This document shows positions 57,304-64,000 of a DNA stretch of 64,000 nucleotides, piece after piece. This DNA comes from an uncultured virus (IMG/VR IMGVR_UViG_3300030380_004460). Its lineage: Duplodnaviria; Heunggongvirae; Uroviricota; Caudoviricetes. Every line of letters begins with the position of its first letter. Within the stretch, counting starts at the first letter, position 1. The translations under genes and the position numbers were made by a program. Below the pieces are notes generated by a model. The model was not told the DNA's origin. It did not search any database and saw only the letters and a program-made list of their open reading frames with translations. The stretch lies in the IMG/VR virus record IMGVR_UViG_3300030380_004460. One strand, given 5' to 3'.

Positions 57304-57561
57304 CTACGCCCTCACTAAACGACCCGTTTTAGGGTCGAGTCTAAGCGGATTACCAGCTGACTCAGCTATCTGTATAGTTGCTTCGTAAGCTTCTGATATA
57401 TTGTCTATAATTGGTTTGATAGAAAATAAACAGTCTCCGCAATACCATTTAGTATTTATTATTTTAGCGTATCTTGCAAAGGGTTTCATATCACCCTCTG
57501 CTATTTTACAATTACACCATTGGCATTTACCAAGTGTAACTCCATCTCTAGCGCCTCGCAT
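57304..57561 (-). CDS. Zn-finger protein
   Basis: CQWC..CGDC. Confidence 0.7.
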   Translation of the reverse strand: MRGARDGVTLGKCQWCNCKIAEGDMKPFARYAKIINTKWYCGDCLFSIKPIIDNISEAYEATIQIAESAGNPLRLDPKTGRLVRA

Positions 57562-57849
57562 CTAACCGAATAAACTAGCTAACCCATCACTGTTGGGTTC
57601 ATCGTTTTTTGGCGCAAGTAAATGTTTATCACCGTGTAATTCTTTTAGTTCCTTTAAGAACTTGATGTACATATTAAACACTTGTTTAGGTGACATTTTA
57701 CTGCTTGGTACTATTTCTAGAGTAACACCACCAATACTCAATCGGTGTGTTCTCCCTCCTTTCAAGAGAAGATTCTCTTGTGAGCTATCAAAGTATAGTG
57801 ATTTAAATCTATCACTATCTGTCATTTCATTTTTCTTCTGTTCCGGCAT
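57562..57849 (-). CDS. Hypothetical protein
   Basis: 95 aa; GAGGT RBS. Confidence 0.7.
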   Translation of the reverse strand: MPEQKKNEMTDSDRFKSLYFDSSQENLLLKGGRTHRLSIGGVTLEIVPSSKMSPKQVFNMYIKFLKELKELHGDKHLLAPKNDEPNSDGLASLFG

Positions 57850-58114
57850 TTATTACCTCGTTTATAATTTCGACTGCTTTCCAATTGAGTTTAAACTCTT
57901 TATCGAAAAGGCCGACCTTGTGTAAAGACTTGTATAAGCCCTTAACCATACCCATTGTTTCATCAACTTTGTTTTCGAGCATATTAAATTCGTGATGTAA
58001 TTCATCCATCTTATCTAATATCTCTTTTATGTTTTCAACAAATGGCCACCAATCACCTGTTAGGTTTTCGGTTCTTCTTTCGATGTTTGTTCGCCACTGA
58101 GCGTGTGGTTCCAT
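57827..58114 (-). CDS. Hypothetical coiled-coil protein
   Basis: 95 aa; GGAGG RBS. Confidence 0.7.
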   Translation of the reverse strand: MEPHAQWRTNIERRTENLTGDWWPFVENIKEILDKMDELHHEFNMLENKVDETMGMVKGLYKSLHKVGLFDKEFKLNWKAVEIINEVINAGTEEK

Positions 58115-58331
58115 AGACTACCCTCCTATATGTTTTTGTATTTACATTCATATGCTCTCCATTTCCATTTACTGAGTTCACTATCCATTTTATTTGACCT
58201 GTATAGTAATCTTTACAGTTTTCATAAGTTGGCTGCATTCCTCTCATTCTAACTTTATCTTTGAGCCTACATCTAGATTTGCCATTCTTATTCCATATTT
58301 TTTCGAATTGCTCATCCAAACATTGACCCAT
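58053..58331 (-). CDS. Hypothetical protein
   Basis: 92 aa; GGAGG RBS; overlaps the next gene by about 60 nt. Confidence 0.55.
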   Translation of the reverse strand: MGQCLDEQFEKIWNKNGKSRCRLKDKVRMRGMQPTYENCKDYYTGQIKWIVNSVNGNGEHMNVNTKTYRRVVYGTTRSVANKHRKKNRKPNR

Positions 58332-58659
58332 TGTAATCCTCCTTATTTGCTTTACGTTTACCTTTAGGTAACTCGTCTAATAATCCTAATCCCTTTTCCA
58401 TCATTTTATTCATCTTAAGTATATTTTGCTCAAAAAACTTTACATATGCTAATAATATTACTTCATCTCTTTTAGTCATAATGTATGTGCTTGACATTTT
58501 TTCTAATGTAGGAACTATTGCAATAGGCTCTAATTCCATAAATATTTTCAACCATTTTTCAAAAACTGCTTTGTCTTCTTTGTTTTCCAGCAAAGGTTCG
58601 ATGTCTATATCTATTTCGTCATCGTTTGCCATTTCTAGAAACTTTTCAATTAAAGACAT
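58312..58659 (-). CDS. Hypothetical protein
   Basis: 115 aa, helical. Confidence 0.7.
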   Translation of the reverse strand: MSLIEKFLEMANDDEIDIDIEPLLENKEDKAVFEKWLKIFMELEPIAIVPTLEKMSSTYIMTKRDEVILLAYVKFFEQNILKMNKMMEKGLGLLDELPKGKRKANKEDYNGSMFG

Positions 58660-58665
58660 AAATTT

Positions 58666-59169
58666 TCAATCATCCTCTGTATTTAAAAGTATTGATAAAT
58701 CATACCGCACGGGTTTAGGTAATCTATCCAATTCTATACCTAACTTTTCAATTACATCCCATTTAACGGACTTTTTAGTGGCACTTTTATACATCATAGA
58801 TACTTGGGATGGGGTCAGTGCATAAACACGTTTATTGCGCGGTATGTCTCTTCTGATAAAGAACCACGCTTCACCACCCTCTTTCACTAAATCCTGTGCA
58901 TACTCTATTTGGTGCTCAGGTATAGCAGGTGTTTTATTATAATACAATGGGAATGATGTTTTGTTTCTGCTCGTTTTACACTCTATTAATATTGGTCTAC
59001 CTTGATATACAGCAAAGAAATCGCCGGGTTGCTTCTCTGCAACTGCTTTCTTGACGAATCTTGATACATCATTAGTATCTTGTATTCTAAACCACCAACA
59101 CCCAGCGTCATCTAACGATTTGCGTATCTCCCACTCAAAGTTCTTACCTGTATAATTATTAGTCTTCAT
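58666..59169 (-). CDS. Holliday junction resolvase (RecU/Hjc-like)
   Basis: GKNFE.EI, PGDF, IECKTS, I.EHQI. Confidence 0.82.
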   Translation of the reverse strand: MKTNNYTGKNFEWEIRKSLDDAGCWWFRIQDTNDVSRFVKKAVAEKQPGDFFAVYQGRPILIECKTSRNKTSFPLYYNKTPAIPEHQIEYAQDLVKEGGEAWFFIRRDIPRNKRVYALTPSQVSMMYKSATKKSVKWDVIEKLGIELDRLPKPVRYDLSILLNTEDD

Positions 59170-59229
59170 CTATTCATCTCCATAAATACCCACTGCCAAA
59201 AGCTGTAAAACAATACGAACCATACAACA

Positions 59230-60120
59230 TCACTCACCAAAATCCTCCAACGACGTGTTGCCACCAAAGGTTAACTCCATCGCTGTCTTATGATAATCTT
59301 CAGATAGTTCTATACCTATTCCTTTCCTTCCTAATTCTCTTGCTACTCTACAAGTAGTTCCACTTCCTGAGAATGGGTCCAGTACTATATCGCCGGGTTT
59401 ACTCCCAGCAAGTATACACTTCTTTGGTAAGTCTGGGGGAAACACAGCAATGTGAGAACCTCGTATAGGTTTAGGTGCAATCCACCAAACATCACGCGAG
59501 TTTTTTCCTTTTGGATTTCCTACAATCAATCTTTCACCTCTACTATTTACTTTCTTACCTACAGGTTTTGCTAGTGGTTCTCTTATCGCATCCATATCAT
59601 AATAATACTGTGGGTTTTTAGATAATAAAAATATAAATTCGTGTGACCGTGTTGGTCTGTTCTTTACGCTTTCAGGTATAGGGTTTGGTTTTGCCCACAC
59701 AATATCACATCTTAGATACCAACCTGCTTCTCTCAACGCAAACGCAGCTACCCACGGCACACCTACTAAATCTCGTTTTTTCAAATTACTTCCTGTTTTT
59801 ACTATTGTTGTGTTTCTAGTCCCTCTCAAATCACTACCGGTCGCCCCACCCGTATTGCCTGAGTAACCAGCATAACAATCTCCAATGTTTAACCATACTG
59901 TTCCGTCATCTTTTAGCTTAGGTTTTATTTCTTCAAATAGTCTAACTAAGTTTGCTGCATAATCTTCTACGGTTGGTTCACAACCAAACTGCTCATCGTC
60001 TCCGTAATCTCTTAAAGCCCAATAAGGTGGAGAAGTCACAACACATTGTATTGAATCATCATCTAACGTTTTCACTACGTCAACGGCATTTCCTTGAAGT
60101 AAATCAGGTTTTACCACCAA
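59230..60120 (-). CDS. Amino-DNA methyltransferase (N4-C/N6-A family, beta order), no adjacent restriction enzyme
   Basis: TSPPY, WAKPNP.PES..R.TR.HE.IF, H.AVFP, DPFSGSGTT. Confidence 0.92.
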   Translation of the reverse strand: MVVKPDLLQGNAVDVVKTLDDDSIQCVVTSPPYWALRDYGDDEQFGCEPTVEDYAANLVRLFEEIKPKLKDDGTVWLNIGDCYAGYSGNTGGATGSDLRGTRNTTIVKTGSNLKKRDLVGVPWVAAFALREAGWYLRCDIVWAKPNPIPESVKNRPTRSHEFIFLLSKNPQYYYDMDAIREPLAKPVGKKVNSRGERLIVGNPKGKNSRDVWWIAPKPIRGSHIAVFPPDLPKKCILAGSKPGDIVLDPFSGSGTTCRVARELGRKGIGIELSEDYHKTAMELTFGGNTSLEDFGE

Positions 60121-60214
60121 TCACCTTCCCACTTATCTTCGCCGAGATATATCTTTTCCATAAATCTCATAAAGAAGTGTACAAACTTCACGGCTACGTC
60201 GAACTGTTCTTCGG

Positions 60215-60562
60215 TCACTTCTTAACTTTCCTAAACCAATTGCGTTGTGCAATCCTTATCACAAATCTTAGCAGTGCAAAACTATATACTTTATTCAGTT
60301 TGATTCTACCGTTTACGGGAGGTTGATGTGATTCAAGTCTCTCTTGATACTGCTCATCAGTTTCGTGTATGTTTTGGTCTGGCATTTTATCTGACTTAGT
60401 TTCGATTTTAATCGTTTTTTCAGTTTCGTCATACTCAAACGTAGCATATTTAAGTTCTCTTTTAATCACTACGTTGTCTGCCTCTTCATTAGCCATATCG
60501 AATAAGTCTTCTGCTTCTTCGTCATATGTCTCTTCGTTTTCTATTATTTCTTCTTCAGTCAT
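60215..60562 (-). CDS. Hypothetical protein with acidic N-terminus
   Basis: 115 aa; GGAG RBS. Confidence 0.7.
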   Translation of the reverse strand: MTEEEIIENEETYDEEAEDLFDMANEEADNVVIKRELKYATFEYDETEKTIKIETKSDKMPDQNIHETDEQYQERLESHQPPVNGRIKLNKVYSFALLRFVIRIAQRNWFRKVKK

Positions 60563-60670
60563 TTTCTCTCCGTGCTCTATTAAGCAAAGTTGCTATAAAC
60601 ATATGCTTGTCATACAAATGCTTAGTATGCTCTATTAGGCTATTAGAAGAGCGTACTATATAAAAATTAC

Positions 60671-60811
60671 TCATATGTAAACCCTATCTTCTGGCTTAAC
60701 TAATCTTTGGTAACAAATGTGACAGTATGGATTACCAGCAGTGTCTCTATACCTAACGTAATTTAAAAATAGTCTACATTTACAAGTGTTACAAACAGTG
60801 TAATTACTCAT
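60671..60811 (-). CDS. 46 aa Zn-finger micro-protein
   Basis: CNTC..CHIC; GAGGT RBS; ATGA overlap. Confidence 0.6.
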   Translation of the reverse strand: MSNYTVCNTCKCRLFLNYVRYRDTAGNPYCHICYQRLVKPEDRVYI

Positions 60812-60966
60812 TTATACCTCGATTTTACTCTAATCGCTTGATTACAATCAGGACATCTTTTATACGTTTTATCCCACACTGATGTACACATTGAGCACCA
60901 ATTCCATTTGGCATAACCACCGTGATTTTTACGAGGTCCTACTTCAGTTTTGTAACCATTATGCAT
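60808..60966 (-). CDS. 52 aa Zn-ribbon micro-protein
   Basis: CSMC..CPDC; GAGGT RBS. Confidence 0.6.
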   Translation of the reverse strand: MHNGYKTEVGPRKNHGGYAKWNWCSMCTSVWDKTYKRCPDCNQAIRVKSRYK

Positions 60967-61108
60967 CCATTAACCTCTTACATTTAGCACAGTTTATGTG
61001 CCTATTCCAAAACGGTTTGCTCATATGATATTTTTCTTGAACTGTCAAACCTTTCACTCCACAAGCAGTGCTACCTGTTTCTTTTATCAGTAAGTGTTTT
61101 CTTCTCAA
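60959..61108 (-). CDS. 49 aa Zn-binding micro-protein
   Basis: H..TACG..CAKC; GAGGTGA RBS before a TTG start. Confidence 0.55.
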   Translation of the reverse strand: MRRKHLLIKETGSTACGVKGLTVQEKYHMSKPFWNRHINCAKCKRLMDA

Positions 61109-61184
61109 CTTTCTTCACCTCGAATATCGGCAGTTTGAAGAACTGCATTTCGTCTATCATTCTTTGTAATCCCTTTCTCTTCAT

Positions 61185-61343
61185 TCATATATCACCATAC
61201 ATATATTTACCATTGTAGCAGTATGGACAAGTATCTATCTCTTCTTTCTCATCAAACTCCGTCTCTACTATTTCACCGCAGTCAGGGCATTCAGTGATGC
61301 CACTGCCGTCAACAAAATCGCATATATCTATCATCGAATCCAT
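61185..61343 (-). CDS. 52 aa acidic Zn-ribbon micro-protein
   Basis: CPDC..CPYC. Confidence 0.6.
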   Translation of the reverse strand: MDSMIDICDFVDGSGITECPDCGEIVETEFDEKEEIDTCPYCYNGKYMYGDI

Positions 61344-61345
61344 AG

Positions 61346-61579
61346 TTATTCAATAGGCCCCTCTTTTAAAAGATTTTCTAATTTATTAGTTACTTCATCT
61401 AAAAGCGATTCTAAGTTATGAATTTTTGCTAACAAATCTTTCTCTCTATTGAAAGCACCTGATAGCATTTTATCTCTTTCCATAAGTTCTCTCGCAGAAT
61501 CCTCAGCAACTTGACACATATGTAAATACTTATCTTCAAGACCCTGTCTTTCTTCTGCTTCTAATCTACCATCACTCAT
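61346..61579 (-). CDS. Hypothetical coiled-coil protein
   Basis: 77 aa. Confidence 0.65.
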   Translation of the reverse strand: MSDGRLEAEERQGLEDKYLHMCQVAEDSARELMERDKMLSGAFNREKDLLAKIHNLESLLDEVTNKLENLLKEGPIE

Positions 61580-61660
61580 ATCGAATCACTACCCACCATA
61601 TAGCAATAGTAAGTATTAACATTCCAACAGTTGCAGCAGCTTGATACACCTGTGGGTCTA

Positions 61661-61846
61661 TCATATTTCAGCCTCATAATATACATCTGTTCCCCTGTCA
61701 ATCTCTTGCTCAGTTATCTGCCACAGAATATCGTGAACAACCATTTGTTCTTCAGGCAGTGGGTGTTGTTGCTCGATACCTAATCGGTATGCATAGAGAC
61801 TCTCAAAGTCTCGCGTGTCTATCTCTATCTGATATATTCTTTTCAT
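61661..61846 (-). CDS. Hypothetical protein
   Basis: 61 aa; AGGAG RBS. Confidence 0.65.
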   Translation of the reverse strand: MKRIYQIEIDTRDFESLYAYRLGIEQQHPLPEEQMVVHDILWQITEQEIDRGTDVYYEAEI

Positions 61847-61953
61847 TTCGTTTTCTCCTTTTTATACGTAGCTTTTTGACCACTCTTCTGTTGAGTGTAT
61901 TAAAATCAACCCAGCCTGTGCCACGTTTTGTACAGTCTGGTTCTTCGTTGTGC

Positions 61954-62214
61954 TCAGTCATTATCGCAGATGCTGTAACTCTCCTTCAATTCTTCTAAAG
62001 TAACATTGTCATTACTTTTTTTTTGTCTACGAATGTAAAAATCAATTTGTTTTTGCATTTCATTTATCTCTGCTGATAAACCATACAACCCGAATTTTAC
62101 GTTCTCTAAAAACTCAACGTTTTCATCACGCACACTTTGTCTTTGTATTTTGCCGTAGTCTCCTGTGAGTTTTAGCATTTTCTTTATGTTATTCTTTTTT
62201 TCTTTTGTTGTCAT
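61954..62214 (-). CDS. Hypothetical protein
   Basis: 86 aa. Confidence 0.65.
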   Translation of the reverse strand: MTTKEKKNNIKKMLKLTGDYGKIQRQSVRDENVEFLENVKFGLYGLSAEINEMQKQIDFYIRRQKKSNDNVTLEELKESYSICDND

Positions 62215-62476
62215 TTCTATTTCCTTCCATTACGTTTTCCCTGATAGCCGATGGTTGTAGTTTTGATTCATCAAATAATATAGGGCCATATTCAAAAGAT
62301 TTGCCGTCATCTTTCTCATACTCACCTATTAATTTGTTTTTCAAATCAACACCAGCAGGAATGTCAAGTAAGGTGTCTCCACCAAATAAGTCAGCTTCAA
62401 GTTCTTCAAGCACAATTTTGTTCTTGAATATTTCAGCTAATAGCAATTCAAACAGTTTTGTTTCGTGTTCGTTCAT
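62189..62476 (-). CDS. Hypothetical acidic protein
   Basis: 95 aa; AGGA RBS abuts BHB element B. Confidence 0.65.
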   Translation of the reverse strand: MNEHETKLFELLLAEIFKNKIVLEELEADLFGGDTLLDIPAGVDLKNKLIGEYEKDDGKSFEYGPILFDESKLQPSAIRENVMEGNRNDNKRKKE

Positions 62477-62477
62477 A

Positions 62478-62603
62478 TTTTGTCCTTGTAATGGGCAGGT
62501 AGCGGATACGCAAAATTTAGTGTATGCCTACTTACGATTGCTGCTACAGAGGATTGTCGCAGCCAGAATTCAGTTTCCACTACCTACCTTTCATTACGTT
62601 GTT
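62478..62603 (-). ncRNA. BHB-type element B (relaxed bulge-helix-bulge closing a 16 bp stem)
   Basis: AAUG-[AAA]-GGUAGGUAGUGGAAAC ... GUAUCCGCUACCUGCC-CAUU-[ACA]. 15 of 16 inner positions pair; two are G.U pairs that only work on the - strand. Confidence 0.6.
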
Positions 62604-62610
62604 ATCTTAT

Positions 62611-63324
62611 TTAAAATCTTGGGTGCGGCATACCTCCAATTTGCCAATCTCTCGTAACTTCACCGTCAGTCCATATAAGATGCCCTGCTCTCATAATTTG
62701 TCTACCATCTTCACTAAATGAACCATTAAATGTGTTGACCCATTCATCATAAGTCATATGCATCAATACATATAGTCTGTAGCTCATAGCTCGTTTTAAC
62801 GAACTAGAATGATAGTCAGGAAATACTTCTTCGCAATATGCTTGGTAAAGTTCATTGTGAGTATCATCAAGCCTTAAATCTCTGTTTGATGAGTATATCT
62901 CAGGAATATTCACGTTGCCTGTAATAAAGTGATGTGACCCGCTGTAATGCTCATCAGCAGTGCGATAAGGCCATCCTTGTCTTTGACCAGTTTTATACAG
63001 CACAATATCTCCTGTGATTGAATCGTCATCAAGACCACCCAGCAATCTAGTGTGTATGATGCTGTCATACCTTTGCGTTTCGAACTTGATTGTCCGACCG
63101 TTCTTTTTGTAGAGCACAACCCATCTTCTACAACGGGTTTCACCTTGTATACGATGAAATATCTCAAGTTCTTGCTCAGTAAACTGATTGCGTGTGCAGT
63201 TTCTCACTAGCGAAGCGTGAGGCCTTGAAAAGTCATCCATTATATCACCTAACTCAGCGATAATATGAACTCTTTCGCGGTCTTCTTTGAACTTCTCAGC
63301 GTTGATTACTATTGTCTGTGTCAT
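62611..63324 (-). CDS. Hypothetical protein flanked by the two BHB elements
   Basis: 237 aa; GGAG RBS lies in the outer helix of element A. Confidence 0.75.
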   Translation of the reverse strand: MTQTIVINAEKFKEDRERVHIIAELGDIMDDFSRPHASLVRNCTRNQFTEQELEIFHRIQGETRCRRWVVLYKKNGRTIKFETQRYDSIIHTRLLGGLDDDSITGDIVLYKTGQRQGWPYRTADEHYSGSHHFITGNVNIPEIYSSNRDLRLDDTHNELYQAYCEEVFPDYHSSSLKRAMSYRLYVLMHMTYDEWVNTFNGSFSEDGRQIMRAGHLIWTDGEVTRDWQIGGMPHPRF

Positions 63325-63331
63325 TTGTGTT

Positions 63332-63443
63332 CTCCATTTGTGGGGAAGGAAGCCGTAGGAACAGGGGAAATTGCAAAACCCCTATGTTGAAAGCGAAACA
63401 AACTAAACAAACTGTGTTTGACTTCCTTCCTGTCCACTGCGAG
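63332..63443 (-). ncRNA. BHB element A (canonical helix-bulge-helix-bulge-helix)
   Basis: CUCgCA-GUGG-[ACA]-GGAAGGAAGUC ... GGCUUCCUUCC-CCAC-[AAA]-UGGAG. Confidence 0.68.
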
Positions 63444-63469
63444 TGTTGTGCTGCGGGGAGACCGGAGCA

Positions 63470-63787
63470 CTATTTTTTTATCCTCCTGAGTAAACTCTTT
63501 TCACGGCGAGATGTACCAATGATTCTTTTTCTTTTGACAGCTCTTGCGTGTTCAAGTTGCTTACGAAGTACTTCTTTGCGTTTTTCTGTGTTAGCAATAA
63601 ACACAGTTCTACCGTCATCATTTGTGAATACAGAGTATCGTAACTCTGTTCGCTTCATTTCATCTGGAAAGAACTCTCCAGAACAGCACGCACATCTGTA
63701 ACATTCGTGATTGTGTTTAGTTTCATTAACTAATCTAACATTGCCGCCATCGTCACAATCAGGGCATTCTATCTTTACTTGAACCAT
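63470..63787 (-). CDS. Zn-ribbon protein with basic tail
   Basis: CPDC..CACC; GGAGG RBS; TAATG coupling. Confidence 0.7.
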   Translation of the reverse strand: MVQVKIECPDCDDGGNVRLVNETKHNHECYRCACCSGEFFPDEMKRTELRYSVFTNDDGRTVFIANTEKRKEVLRKQLEHARAVKRKRIIGTSRREKSLLRRIKK

Positions 63788-64000
63788 TATTCTTCCTCCA
63801 TATCAAAAGCATTTGCTTGTTCTGCAATCTTCAAAGCATCTTCGAAGTCTTGCATTTCTTTGATTGAAATCACTGCGTCAGTTCCGTCGCCACCACTACC
63901 GATTACGATGTACTGATTGACTTCTGATAACTCCACAAAGAAGTCGCTCCATCCCTCATCAATCACAATAGATTTGTGAGACGCACTGAGATAGACGTGA
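63787..64000 (-). CDS. Partial hypothetical protein (5' end outside the window)
   Basis: Open frame ..IDEGWSDFFVELSEVNQYIVIGSGGDG..FDMEEE-stop. Confidence 0.6.
   Translation of the reverse strand, partial: HVYLSASHKSIVIDEGWSDFFVELSEVNQYIVIGSGGDGTDAVISIKEMQDFEDALKIAEQANAFDMEEE

Noticed and set aside
51575..60120. Complete restriction-modification system (PD-(D/E)XK nuclease plus methylase)
   Set aside because: The genes are about 7 kb apart, and both types are commonly solitary in viruses.
62478..63443. Box C/D or H/ACA guide RNA, or hammerhead ribozyme
   Set aside because: No RUGAUGA box C, no clear K-turn or pocket at the right distance from ACA, and no CUGAnGA core.
62478..63470. Intron-containing or split tRNA as the explanation for the BHB motifs
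   Set aside because: The joined flanks give no cloverleaf, TTC(G/A)A T-loop or acceptor stem.

Overview
A 64 kb stretch of a tailed dsDNA virus genome (HK97-type head; long non-contractile tail, as no sheath gene is seen). Several signals point to an archaeal host: BRE/TATA promoters, GGTGA-type ribosome-binding sites, an archaeo-eukaryotic primase, family B polymerase, an MCM-like AAA+ ATPase and an aIF-1A gene. The gene content best fits magroviruses of Marine Group II (Poseidoniales), which is an inference from recalled families and not a database result. The + strand (2879-43079) holds membrane proteins, a run of tiny basic proteins, terminase, portal, protease, capsid, fibres, neck, two tail-tube paralogues, a frameshifted tail chaperone, tape measure and tail tip. 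The - strand (43064-64000 and 273-2725) holds class II RNR, a glycosyl/methyltransferase block, primase, an Sm-like protein, PolB, aIF-1A, helicase, SSB, resolvase, a DNA methylase and many micro-ORFs. The most novel signal is a pair of related intergenic RNA elements (62478-62603, 63332-63443, - strand). Each is closed by an archaeal bulge-helix-bulge splicing motif directly at the next gene's ribosome-binding site, predicting host-endonuclease excision of 102 and 94 nt, probably circular, viral RNAs. Other highlights: apparent avoidance of GATC/CATG/CCWGG, variant catalytic motifs in PolB, primase and HAD, and DNA-level conserved repeats in the giant fibre gene. All calls come from reading the sequence by eye; no searches were run.
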